Below, piece after piece: positions 41,160-49,890 of a stretch of DNA of 64,000 nucleotides (its first letter is position 1; every line of letters starts with the position of its first letter). The DNA is from an uncultured Gammaproteobacteria bacterium. GTDB taxonomy: Bacteria; Patescibacteriota; Microgenomatia; UBA10105; UBA927. The stretch lies in assembly GCA_964349125.1 (NCBI GenBank), contig CAYGFH010000001.1:708801-772800 (forward strand). Reading direction: 5' to 3'. Under the pieces are notes generated by a model. It was not told the origin of the DNA. It saw only the letters and a program-made list of their open reading frames with translations, and searched no databases. Made by a program: the position numbers and the translations under genes.

Positions 41160-42353
41160 GTGGCATCAAAAATACACCAGCAACATATTCCCGTATGGCA
41201 TTGGATTATAGCAAGTGGCGTGGGTGTCATTATCCTGCTTGTGGTTGCTGTATGGGCTACCGATACGTGGGAACAGGTTCAGCAGCGTATTGTCGGGCTC
41301 ACAAATGAAAAACATGCAGTTGAATCACGCATGTCCTCCATTGCCCGCGAACTCTCGGATATTAAATCACAGGATCAATATGTCATTAATAAAAATTTGA
41401 GCGCAGATATACAACAGATCGAGGCTACATATAGTCAAACGGTCTCTGTGTATGAGCAGTTGTTGAAATTAAAGGAAGCGACGAATAAAACAAAACCGTT
41501 TGATGACGGGTTTGCCGATATCCTCGCGCTGCTATCAAAGCGTAATTACGCATCCGCATCCTCCTCTCTTAGGACATTAAAATCAGCCATGGATGCGGAG
41601 TCAGCGCGATTGGCAAGTACGTTTGTAATTCCGGCAACGGTACCTGTGAATAACGTCGCCCCCGGGTCCGGCTATAGCAGGCAGTCTGTAGCTGCTAATG
41701 GTGAACAACATCTGGTAGATCTGATTGCCGGAGATCTTAGCACCACAAAAGTTATCGTTGATACGGCTTCCGATGGGGATTGTAAATCAGACTGTCCTGT
41801 ATTGTCTCTGGGTGACTATGTGTCCAGAAGTGGAGGATTTGCAGGTATTAATGGATCGTATTTTTGTCCTTCTACCTACCCGAGCTGTCAGGATAAAAAG
41901 AATTCATTTGACACACTTCTTATGAATAAGAAGAAAACATATTTTAACTCGGAGAATAATAAATATAGCACAGTTCCCGCAGTCATTTTTCAAGGCGGTT
42001 CAGTCAGGTTTGTCGGCAGGTCTCTGGATTGGGGTAGGGATACAGGGATAGATAGCATGATCGCAAATCAACCAATGCTTGTATCAGGCGGAAATTCAGT
42101 ATTCGGTGGTGATGCTGATCCAAAGAAGGGGAGTAAGGGCCCTCGCGGTTTTGTGGCAAATAAAGGTAACACCGTGTACATCGGCTTTGTTCATAATGCT
42201 ACGGTCGCCGAAGCAGCGCTCGTGCTTAAAGCATTGGGTATGGAAAATGGATTAAATTTGGATAGCGGAGGATCCAGTGCATTGTGGTTTAACGGATATA
42301 AAGTTGGTCCGGGCAGGGCGATACCAAATGCGATTATTTTTGTGAGAAAGTAA
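41160..42353 (+). CDS. phosphodiester glycosidase family protein (DUF2233/NAGPA-like) with N-terminal TM and coiled coil
   Basis: C-terminal GINGSYF...NQPMLVSGG...GFVANKGNTVYIGFV...LDSGGSSALW is the family pattern. Confidence 0.7.
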   Translation: MASKIHQQHIPVWHWIIASGVGVIILLVVAVWATDTWEQVQQRIVGLTNEKHAVESRMSSIARELSDIKSQDQYVINKNLSADIQQIEATYSQTVSVYEQLLKLKEATNKTKPFDDGFADILALLSKRNYASASSSLRTLKSAMDAESARLASTFVIPATVPVNNVAPGSGYSRQSVAANGEQHLVDLIAGDLSTTKVIVDTASDGDCKSDCPVLSLGDYVSRSGGFAGINGSYFCPSTYPSCQDKKNSFDTLLMNKKKTYFNSENNKYSTVPAVIFQGGSVRFVGRSLDWGRDTGIDSMIANQPMLVSGGNSVFGGDADPKKGSKGPRGFVANKGNTVYIGFVHNATVAEAALVLKALGMENGLNLDSGGSSALWFNGYKVGPGRAIPNAIIFVRK

Positions 42354-42465
42354 CGAATTGTTTATAAAGTAATGAGTTTATACGGCTTGAATGTTCACGT
42401 AGCACAGGTTTGAACTCAGAACTTAGAGCATACATATCTATCTTTGTTGACAGCTTCCACGTGAG

Positions 42466-43512
42466 GTGAAACAATATTTATATATGGGTAATCCATTAAC
42501 TACAGAAGATTTATACGGAAAATCTGAATCCACAAGCGATCAAGCCGCTAAAGAAAAGCCGTTAGTATATGAAGAAACTCCAGTTATTGAGTCAGTACCT
42601 CCGATGCCTGAATCACATGATCATGCCTCATCCACTGAATATTCGGAAGCAGTCGATGCACTTACTCATCGTCCGCAGCTAACCTCACCACATGAGCTTC
42701 CTACGCGTACAAAATCTATTCGATCGGAGGGAAAAGGTATTCTATCAGGTGTATCGCTTTTGGTATTCCTTCTTCTCTTTATGGTTGGAGTATGGATTTC
42801 AGGTGCTATCCGTCAATTTTTACCAACGAACAATTCTGCAATCGATAGCACATCATCACCTGTTGTCCCGGATACTGCTATAGACAGTGGAACAGCTCCA
42901 TCACCTCAAGTTGATTCTCTAGCTAGTTGGAAGTCGTATGACATTATAAGTGGCATAACAAAAAAGCCCGTCAGTGGAATTTCTTTCACGCTTCCACCGA
43001 ATGTATTAGCTCCGGTTTGTGATAGTTCTAGTTGTGCATCTCAGGGAACCTATCTTCCGGGAGGGACACGATTTACGGTTGCTGCACGTGGTTCCGGTCA
43101 ATCATTACGGGATTATAGGGGAACCGCAATTTCAGATTCTAATGGTGTTACTTTTACCTCGAAAGAAGTACGTATAGCAGGTAAGAATGCTATGGAATTC
43201 ATAGGAACTTTTACTGGGAGGACTATATCAGGATATGCATTCACAGCTATGAGAGGTGTGATGATTCCACTTACTGATTCTACATCTGTGGAATTTAATC
43301 ATTTTGTCCCAAGTGGCATAGTTGCGGATTTTGATTCAGATGATGCACTATTTGATACGATACTCAGCAATATACGTATAGGCGTTGATCTTTCACAAGG
43401 TAACAAAGGTGAAACCCCTGCATTACCATCTCCTTTGCCAGCCAGTACTGCTGATAGTCTTACTTTACCACCTGTGGCTCCTGCTCAAGCTAGTGATTCA
43501 AGTCAACTTTAG
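42466..43512 (+). CDS. single-pass membrane hypothetical protein with Ser/Thr/Pro-rich exterior
   Basis: TM segment (VSLLVFLLLFMVGVWISGAI). No known domain. Confidence 0.45.
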   Translation: MKQYLYMGNPLTTEDLYGKSESTSDQAAKEKPLVYEETPVIESVPPMPESHDHASSTEYSEAVDALTHRPQLTSPHELPTRTKSIRSEGKGILSGVSLLVFLLLFMVGVWISGAIRQFLPTNNSAIDSTSSPVVPDTAIDSGTAPSPQVDSLASWKSYDIISGITKKPVSGISFTLPPNVLAPVCDSSSCASQGTYLPGGTRFTVAARGSGQSLRDYRGTAISDSNGVTFTSKEVRIAGKNAMEFIGTFTGRTISGYAFTAMRGVMIPLTDSTSVEFNHFVPSGIVADFDSDDALFDTILSNIRIGVDLSQGNKGETPALPSPLPASTADSLTLPPVAPAQASDSSQL

Positions 43513-43552
43513 GATAGTGTAGATATACTCGTTTGTAGGTGTTGTCGGGATC

Positions 43553-45727
43553 CTAATTTTTTACACCTGGCCATGGTGTGATAATAAGAGGCATTCGATC
43601 CCAGCGTGGGAGTTGTTGGTAAATTTTTTCCGTCACAAATGGCACAAACGGATGGAGAAGCGTCAATATTGTTTTATATACATGCAGTAGGACAGTAAGT
43701 GCCTGTACGTCGCCATTTTTAAAGCGTTCCTTATTTTTTTCCAAGTGCACGTCTGCAAGACGGTGCCACGCAAAGTCATAGAGTGCCTTTGCCGCATCCG
43801 ATAGGCGATACGATTCCATACTCTTGGTGACCTTCGCAGTCAACATATTGAGTTCTGTGATAATACGTTTATCGTGTTGATTTTCGAGCGTGGCATGGAA
43901 ATTTTCTGTATAGTCAGCAATTTTGACACCAGCCGGTGTATTCATTTCGATAAACCGTCCGATATTCCAGAGTTTGTTGGCAAAATTACGCATGCCGCGA
44001 ATTTTGTCCTCAGACAGAGACTGATCGTTACCTGCAGCCGTACCAAACACAAGTGAAAATCGAAGTGCATCAGCTCCGTAGAGATCTATCATCTTGAGCG
44101 GGTTGATTACATTCCCTTTGCTCTTGCTCATTTTTTGCCCTTTGGCATCGCGAACCAACCCATGCAAATATACTGTATGAAACGGTACGTCTCCCGTCAT
44201 GTAGAGCCCCAGCATGGCCATTCGGCACACCCACCAGGGGAGAATGTCATATCCTGTCTCCATAACGCTTGTAGGGTAAAACGTGGAGAAATCCGACGGC
44301 TGGTTAGCCTTGAGTGTTGCAAAGGGCCATTGCCCAGATGAAAACCAGGTATCAAACGTATCTGCATCCTGCTCTATATTGGTGCTTTTACAGTCAATGC
44401 ATGAGGTAGGTACGTCGCCATTCGTAATCGTCCACGCTGTACAATCTGCACATTTCCAGGCCGGTATGCGTATTCCCCACACTATCTGTCGGCTGATATT
44501 CCAATCATGAAAATTTGTGAGCCATTGGACACCAAGTTTCTCAAATCTTTTTGGCACAAAAGTTATTTTTTTGGCTTTAACAGCTTTTTTTGCAGCATCG
44601 GTTAATGGCTTGACCTTAACAAACCATTGTTCCATAGGCAAAGGCTCAATGATCGTATTGGATTTATAACACACGCCTACTCTATGTGAGTATTGCTCTT
44701 CGACTTTTTCAAGAAGACCGTCTGCTGCAAGATCTGCAACCATGAGCGCTCGTGCTTCTGCGACCTTCTTACCATGATATGCGATTGCTCTGGCCATGTA
44801 CTTTGTATCTACATCTTTCTTTGAAAGGAACCACGAAAAATCCATTCGTCCGTTAAAATCAATGATCGGGGTGACCGGGAGGTTAAATTTTTTCCCGAGC
44901 TCAAAATCGTGCGCATCGTGAGCAGGGGTGACTTTCATAATGCCCGTACCGAATTCGGGATCTACGTCAGGGTCAGGTATCACGGTCATAGATATAGGTC
45001 CGAGAAGTCCCATGATTTCAAGTGTTTGACCGATATACTTCTTATACCGTTTGTCCTTTGGATTGACGGCCAATGCTGTGTCTCTGAATTTCGTCTCAGG
45101 GCGAACGGTTGCAATGGTAAACGGGCCATACTTCAGGTAATACATCGGATCAATACGATCCTCATATTTAACTTCCAGATCAGAAAATCCGGTACCGCAC
45201 TTCGTACAGTAATTTACGAGCCTCACGCCGCGATATATCAGGTTATCGTCGTACAGTTTTTTGAACGTGCCATACACGATCTTGACGATCTTAGGATCGA
45301 GCGTGAAGGTATTGCGGCTCCAATCAAGAGAAAATCCTAGTCTGCGAAGCTGATTTTCCATGGTTGTCCTGTTTGCATGGACAAAATCCCATATATTTTT
45401 ATATAGCGTATCGCGATCAAAATCAAACCTGCTTTTCCCTTCTTTTGCCAGGTGTTTTTCATACACATACTGAGTCTCAAACCCTGCGTGGTCCGCGCCG
45501 GGAAGCCAGAGTGTCGGATCGCCCTTCATACGGTGATACCGAACGAGTATATCCTCTACAACATACAGTGCATGTCCCAGATGTAAATCTGCATTTGCGT
45601 TTGGTGGGGGGAGTAAGATGGTAAACGGAGTCTTCTCAGAATTAATCTGAGGCTTGAAATATCCTCCCTGTTCCCAGAGTGTATACAACGCCTGTTCCGA
45701 TACTTTCGGATCGTATGCCTTATCCAT
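43553..45727 (-). CDS. valS: valine--tRNA ligase (short form lacking long C-terminal coiled coil)
   Basis: PPPNANADLHLGHAL (HIGH), KMSKSKGN (KMSKS) and WNISRQIVWGIRIPAW match ValRS. Start chosen at the internal Met. The ORF track extends to 45763. Confidence 0.85.
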   Translation of the reverse strand: MDKAYDPKVSEQALYTLWEQGGYFKPQINSEKTPFTILLPPPNANADLHLGHALYVVEDILVRYHRMKGDPTLWLPGADHAGFETQYVYEKHLAKEGKSRFDFDRDTLYKNIWDFVHANRTTMENQLRRLGFSLDWSRNTFTLDPKIVKIVYGTFKKLYDDNLIYRGVRLVNYCTKCGTGFSDLEVKYEDRIDPMYYLKYGPFTIATVRPETKFRDTALAVNPKDKRYKKYIGQTLEIMGLLGPISMTVIPDPDVDPEFGTGIMKVTPAHDAHDFELGKKFNLPVTPIIDFNGRMDFSWFLSKKDVDTKYMARAIAYHGKKVAEARALMVADLAADGLLEKVEEQYSHRVGVCYKSNTIIEPLPMEQWFVKVKPLTDAAKKAVKAKKITFVPKRFEKLGVQWLTNFHDWNISRQIVWGIRIPAWKCADCTAWTITNGDVPTSCIDCKSTNIEQDADTFDTWFSSGQWPFATLKANQPSDFSTFYPTSVMETGYDILPWWVCRMAMLGLYMTGDVPFHTVYLHGLVRDAKGQKMSKSKGNVINPLKMIDLYGADALRFSLVFGTAAGNDQSLSEDKIRGMRNFANKLWNIGRFIEMNTPAGVKIADYTENFHATLENQHDKRIITELNMLTAKVTKSMESYRLSDAAKALYDFAWHRLADVHLEKNKERFKNGDVQALTVLLHVYKTILTLLHPFVPFVTEKIYQQLPRWDRMPLIITPWPGVKN

Positions 45728-45771
45728 GGGTATATTGTATAGCAGGGGAGAGCGTGGGAGCAAGCTGAAGA

Positions 45772-46632
45772 TTACAGCTCATCGAGCTTTACATTTTCAG
45801 TTTTAACATCCTTCACCAGCTCCAAATATCGCTCCGTTGTGGATAGCCTCTTGTGTCCGACCAGTTTAGACAGGGTCGTAATGGCAGTTCCCGCCATTAA
45901 ATGATGGGCGATAAATGTGTGCCTGAGATCGTTTACCTTAGCTCCTTCAATACCCGCAATTCTGAAATATCTGTCTATTGCGGTTCTGATGTTACGTATA
46001 AGCAGAGGTCGTCCTGTTTTGGTAATAAACAACGCTTTGTTTGGTGTGTTTGCTGCACGTTGTTCTACGTATTTGTCTAGTGCGTCCTTTGCTGCCTTAT
46101 TCAGTGGAACCATGCGCTCTGCGTGTCCTTCCTGTGCCGCTATGTGAATTTCCGTTGCCTTAAGATCATCGAGTGTCAGATTTGCTAGCTCTCCAATTCG
46201 AATTCCGGTTTGGAGAAACAGCTCAACGATAGCATAAATACGAACGTCGCCACGGCAAGTATCCCGAAGCGCCCGGTATTCAATTTTTGAGAGAATTCGA
46301 GGTGGTTTTACTTCATACTTAGGATGCGCAATCTCAATGGCAGGGTCAGATGTGATAATTCCCGAGGCCTTTAGAAATCGGAAAAAGGTTTTAATGGAAT
46401 TGATTTTTCTGGATATAGACTTCGGGGTATAGTTATCTCCGGCCAACTTTTTTAGGAACGCATCGATCTCATCGCGAGTGACTTCATTGACCATTTTCTT
46501 ACCCATGTTACTGAGGTACATGGTCACTTGTTCAATATCTTTGCCGTATGCTACGATGGTTGCACGGGCGCGCTTTCTGGAACCAAGATACTCGGTGAAT
46601 TGTGTGTGTGCGTCTTTTAGAGTTACTGACAT
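45772..46632 (-). CDS. tyrosine site-specific recombinase, XerC/XerD-like
   Basis: C-terminal catalytic region LRHTFIAHHLMAGTAITTLSKLVGHKRLSTTERY (RHR...Y). N-terminal SAM-like domain. Confidence 0.8.
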   Translation of the reverse strand: MSVTLKDAHTQFTEYLGSRKRARATIVAYGKDIEQVTMYLSNMGKKMVNEVTRDEIDAFLKKLAGDNYTPKSISRKINSIKTFFRFLKASGIITSDPAIEIAHPKYEVKPPRILSKIEYRALRDTCRGDVRIYAIVELFLQTGIRIGELANLTLDDLKATEIHIAAQEGHAERMVPLNKAAKDALDKYVEQRAANTPNKALFITKTGRPLLIRNIRTAIDRYFRIAGIEGAKVNDLRHTFIAHHLMAGTAITTLSKLVGHKRLSTTERYLELVKDVKTENVKLDEL

Positions 46633-46776
46633 AATTGTATAGATTTTTGGCAGTTAGCTATCCTTGATTCCGATACAGCCGGAACTAACAGATTTAGAGC
46701 GATAGATCGATCTAATGAAGCTAAAGATACCCTATAATATCATGAAAACAGCCAGTGTGCAAGTCCCTTCACCACC

Positions 46777-47127
46777 ATGATGCTATTTCGCCATTCACTC
46801 GTGCGGTTTATACTCGGCATAATTAGCCTCAGCCTGAGCGTGGGGTTTGTCCGTTCTATCTACGCACAAATTCGGAAAGAGGATCTTGTGAGTGAGCGCA
46901 GGATGCGTTACGAGAAAGAACTTCACCGCAATGCCCAGCTCAAAAAGAGGCTTGAAGAGGCGACAAGTAGCGCGTTTATCGAGAAGCTTGCACGAGAAAA
47001 ACTCGGATGGGTAAAAGAAAATGATACGGTGATTCTATTGGATACCACGGCTGTCACAAGACGAAGTAGGGATGGAGAAACTAAGACTCAGTCGAACTGG
47101 GATGCCTGGTGGGAATTATTCCGTTGA
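46777..47127 (+). CDS. septum formation initiator (FtsB/DivIC-like) membrane-anchored coiled-coil protein
   Basis: TM, then a coiled coil, then the conserved FIEKLAREKLGWVKENDTVI-type C-terminal motif. Confidence 0.55.
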   Translation: MMLFRHSLVRFILGIISLSLSVGFVRSIYAQIRKEDLVSERRMRYEKELHRNAQLKKRLEEATSSAFIEKLAREKLGWVKENDTVILLDTTAVTRRSRDGETKTQSNWDAWWELFR

Positions 47128-47202
47128 TGGTGCCAGCGGCAGGAATCGGACCTGCTACCCATGCCTTATGAAGACACTGCTCTACCAATGAGCTACGCTG
47201 GC
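47128..47202 (-). tRNA. tRNA with CAT anticodon (elongator Met or Ile2/lysidine type; not initiator-like)
   Basis: Minus-strand fold GCCAGCG-TA-GCTC/ATTGGTA/GAGC-A-GTGTC/TTCATAA/GGCAT-GGGTA-GCAGG/TCCGATT/CCTGC-CGCTGGC-A-CCA. Stems score 7/7, 4/4 and 5/5, and the anticodon stem has 2 G-U pairs. CCA is encoded. Position 55 is C rather than U. Confidence 0.8.
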
Positions 47203-47223
47203 GATTGGTCTATTTTACCTAAC

Positions 47224-47252
47224 TTGAGGCGCCAAAGCAATTCTGTTATACT
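47224..47252 (+). promoter_or_regulatory. sigma70-like promoter TTGAGG-17-TATACT driving the tRNA-like element
   Basis: Read directly. Divergent from the tRNA(CAT) gene. Confidence 0.4.
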
Positions 47253-47274
47253 AGCCATGGTTAGAATCAGAATC

Positions 47275-47343
47275 GCGGGGTAGTGTAGAGTTGCACAGAA
47301 GGCTCATAATCTTCTAGACCGCGGCGCGACTCCCGGCCCCGCA
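47275..47343 (+). ncRNA. tRNA-like small RNA/degenerate tRNA with CAT anticodon loop (CTCATAA), non-canonical T-arm
   Basis: Acceptor-like helix GCGGGGT/GCCCCGC and anticodon-like hairpin AGAAGG-CTCATAA-TCTTCT. The 3' region GACCGCGGCGCGACTCCCGGCCCCGC resembles a tRNA T-arm/acceptor but does not pair canonically. Flanked by a promoter and an intrinsic terminator. Confidence 0.3.
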
Positions 47344-47355
47344 ACAAGCGAAAAA

Positions 47356-47379
47356 AGCAGCCACCAGGCTGCTTTTTTA
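47356..47379. terminator. rho-independent terminator, bidirectional (AGCAGCC-acca-GGCUGCU + U6; A5 on the other side)
   Basis: Perfect 7-bp GC-rich stem with a 4-nt loop and a T-tract. Read directly. Confidence 0.6.
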
Positions 47380-47396
47380 TTGGATAAAGAACCGTA

Positions 47397-47430
47397 TTGA
47401 CATTGTACTACTATACTAGTACAATAGTAC
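47397..47430 (+). promoter_or_regulatory. trpR-like gene promoter (TTGACA-17-TACAAT) overlapped by an 18-bp near-perfect palindrome GTACTACTATACTAGTAC plus a tandem TAGTAC repeat; candidate Trp-repressor operator
   Basis: The palindrome (47405-47422) matches the E. coli trp operator core GTACTAGTTAACTAGTAC at 15/18 positions. A second TAGTAC lies 8 bp downstream. The -10 lies only about 8 nt before the ATG, implying a near-leaderless mRNA. Confidence 0.5.
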
Positions 47431-47433
47431 GAT

Positions 47434-47685
47434 ATGAATCCAGAGTGGCTAGACGAGGTATCAGCAGTATTGGTTAGGATATATGATAAAGCAGAAATGA
47501 CTGAATTTTTAAGAGGCCTGTTAACGGAAGGTGAACTGGAGGAGATAACCAGACGCGTGCAAATAGTGAAAAAATTAAAATCAGGAATATCTCAGCATAC
47601 AATTGCACGTGAGCTTGGTGTCGGTGTGGCAACAGTGACCCGGGGATCAAAAGAGATACAAAAAGGAAGGTTCAGACAAGTATAG
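47434..47685 (+). CDS. TrpR-like (YerC/YecD family) DNA-binding protein
   Basis: 83 aa. SGISQHTIARELGVGVATVTRGSKEIQKG is the Trp-repressor-family HTH. Confidence 0.75.
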   Translation: MNPEWLDEVSAVLVRIYDKAEMTEFLRGLLTEGELEEITRRVQIVKKLKSGISQHTIARELGVGVATVTRGSKEIQKGRFRQV

Positions 47686-47813
47686 TAGCGTGATTATTAA
47701 ATGCATTCGTATGAGTACATATAGCAACGTGGTACAAACTTGGTGGCAGAACTCTCAACAACTGGAGAGTGCTGTGCTGTTGGATTAACACGTATACCGT
47801 ACCGATTGCATAC

Positions 47814-47837
47814 ACCTCCAGAAATGGAGGTTTTTTT
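47814..47837 (+). terminator. intrinsic terminator/possible attenuator hairpin (ACCUCCA-gaaa-UGGAGGU + U7) between the trpR-like gene and trpB2
   Basis: Read directly. Lies 129 nt after the trpR-like stop and 94 nt before the trpB2 start. Confidence 0.55.
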
Positions 47838-47930
47838 GTTGTGTTAGTTAGCAAGCCGATTCAGAGAGGCGAGTGTACTAACCAACAATCCCACAATGCG
47901 GGATGTGGAAACATTTATGAAAGGAATACT

Positions 47931-49235
47931 ATGAACACAAAACAGTCAACACAGGTCTCAGACATGCCAAAGGCATATTTGAATATCGCCTACTATCTCA
48001 ATCGATATTTGGGCGAACTGCCCCCGCCTCCGGTTGATCCGACGGGTACACCAATTGGCCCAGACGCGCTTGCGCCGTTATTTGCGATGGAGTTAATCAA
48101 GCAGGAGGTTTCTCTGGAAAAAGATATTCCGATACCAGAACCAGTACTTGAGGCATACAGACAGTATAGGATGACCCCTCTTATACGAGTGAGAAGATTG
48201 GAACGGTATCTTGACACACCAGCCCATATCTATGTGAAGTATGAGGGAGTGTCACCTGTGGGAAGTCACAAATTTAATACTGCACTACCACAGGCATATT
48301 ACAACAAGATGGAAGGAGTAAAAGGGCTTGCTACCGAAACCGGAGCAGGTCAGTGGGGGAGCGCACTCTCTTTGGCATGCCGCATGATGGATTTGCCCTG
48401 TCAGGTGTTTATGGTCAAAAGTTCCTTTGATCAGAAACCATACAGAAAAACGATAATGGAACTATACGGAGGCTCTGTTGTGGCAAGCCCCTCGACACTG
48501 ACAGAAGCAGGTAGGGGATTTTTGGAATCGGAGGCCAACAGAACGGGTAGTCTGGGGATGGCAATATCCGAAGCTATCGAATTTGCCGTCAAGAACGGGT
48601 ATCACTATGCCCTCGGTAGCGTCTTGAATCATGTCTTGCTGCATCAAACAATCATTGGATTGGAAGCAAAAACGCAGATGGAAAAACAAGATACCTACCC
48701 GGATATCGTCATCGGTTGTTGTGGGGGAGGGAGTAATCTCGCAGGTCTTAGCTTTCCATTTCTGGCCGACAAGCTTTCCGGTAAGACAAAACACCTGCGT
48801 GTTATTGCTGTAGAGCCCATAGCGTGTCCTTCATTGACTCGTGGTGAATACCGCTATGACAGTGGGGATACGGCCGGCATGACTCCCAGAATGATGATGT
48901 ATACGATGGGTAGTGATTTTGTGCCGAACGCCATACACGCGGGAGGGCTGCGGTATCACGGAGACGCACCCCTTATTAGCTTTATGTACCATAAAAAACT
49001 CATTGAGGCAGTTTCATATGGGCAATTGGATGTATTTGAATCCGCCGCATTGTTTGCCAGATGCGAAGGGATCATACCTGCTCCGGAATCCGCACATGCG
49101 ATACAACATGCGATTGTCGAAGCCATTCGTGCAAAAGAAGAGGGAAAGAAGAAAGTAATACTCGTCAATCTCTCTGGCCACGGCCTGTTGGATCTGGGAG
49201 CGTATGACGAGTATTTGAGGGGAAGCATGGCATAA
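47931..49235 (+). CDS. trpB: tryptophan synthase beta chain, stand-alone TrpB2 type
   Basis: The PLP-Lys region YEGVSPVGSHKFNTALPQAYY, GCCGGGSNLAG, and a length of about 434 aa with an N-terminal extension are typical of TrpB2. The start is at ATG(47931), 5 nt after a GAAAGGA SD. The ORF track begins at an upstream in-frame Met. Confidence 0.9.
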   Translation: MNTKQSTQVSDMPKAYLNIAYYLNRYLGELPPPPVDPTGTPIGPDALAPLFAMELIKQEVSLEKDIPIPEPVLEAYRQYRMTPLIRVRRLERYLDTPAHIYVKYEGVSPVGSHKFNTALPQAYYNKMEGVKGLATETGAGQWGSALSLACRMMDLPCQVFMVKSSFDQKPYRKTIMELYGGSVVASPSTLTEAGRGFLESEANRTGSLGMAISEAIEFAVKNGYHYALGSVLNHVLLHQTIIGLEAKTQMEKQDTYPDIVIGCCGGGSNLAGLSFPFLADKLSGKTKHLRVIAVEPIACPSLTRGEYRYDSGDTAGMTPRMMMYTMGSDFVPNAIHAGGLRYHGDAPLISFMYHKKLIEAVSYGQLDVFESAALFARCEGIIPAPESAHAIQHAIVEAIRAKEEGKKKVILVNLSGHGLLDLGAYDEYLRGSMA

Positions 49236-49354
49236 GATCACTCGCACATTTACACAAAGGAAGTCTGGCATTTCCTCGCTACCGAGTTCCCCTAGTCACG
49301 GGTATTTGGTAGTGGGGAAATGAATGTGAAAACTATAGTTCAAGGAGTATTGAC

Positions 49355-49681
49355 ATGGTTCGAAGAGTACTAAGCTTTGGTATTGTACTGGTAAGTGGCG
49401 TGATCGTCGGTATTGGCTTGATAGCAGAGTGGCATGCACGGGTTATTTTGCCGCTATCAATCGTGTGCGTAGGTGCTTTGCTCGTGGCATGTATTCCGGC
49501 ACGCCCTGCCAAGAAGATATGTCTGCGGTGCGGAGGATCGGGATATGTTCCGGTTGTAGGCGCATGGGCGACTGAGTACGATGCGGATACTTGTCCACGG
49601 TGTGGAGGTTCCGGTCGCCTGCTGCAGCAGTCCAGTCCACTTGAAGAGGATGGGTACTGTATGACTGATACAGACATCTAG
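49355..49681 (+). CDS. small 2-TM membrane protein with DnaJ-type CxxCxGxG zinc-finger pair
   Basis: Two hydrophobic helices, then CLRCGGSGY...CPRCGGSGR. The opposite-strand ORFs here are composition shadows in a GC-richer patch. Confidence 0.5.
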   Translation: MVRRVLSFGIVLVSGVIVGIGLIAEWHARVILPLSIVCVGALLVACIPARPAKKICLRCGGSGYVPVVGAWATEYDADTCPRCGGSGRLLQQSSPLEEDGYCMTDTDI

Positions 49682-49890
49682 TCTTTCCTCAATAGTTCGC
49701 ATTCGCATCTCTGCGACAGTCTTCTTACAAAAGAAGCATTCCGTACGGAAATAGTTGTCTCCTGATGTTTTTATGATAAAAATCGTACACACGACGCGTG
49801 TACACATTTTAGCAGTAATTACATCAGGGGGCACGTTTCTAAGACACATAGTTGGTTATAAATATAAATTCATTTACAATAAGGAGACCT

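Noticed and set aside
45772-47202. Tyrosine recombinase adjacent to a tRNA 3' end, which could mark an integrated genomic island
   Set aside because: The genes on the recombinase side are essential housekeeping (valS, efp, epmA), with no phage or plasmid cargo, direct repeats or att-like duplication of the tRNA 3' end. Most likely this is the chromosomal Xer recombinase.
47351-47379. AAGCAGCCA..AGG resembles the conserved domain IV motif of SRP (4.5S) RNA
   Set aside because: Here AGCAGCC pairs perfectly with GGCUGCU as a simple hairpin followed by a U-tract (an intrinsic terminator). The SRP helix 8 topology (GNRA tetraloop, asymmetric loops, 5' partner strand) is absent.
49682-49890. Possible T-box leader upstream of trpS
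   Set aside because: No T-box consensus (GGTGG..ACCGCG-like) or specifier/antiterminator arrangement. Only a short ACACG-acg-CGTGT hairpin is present.
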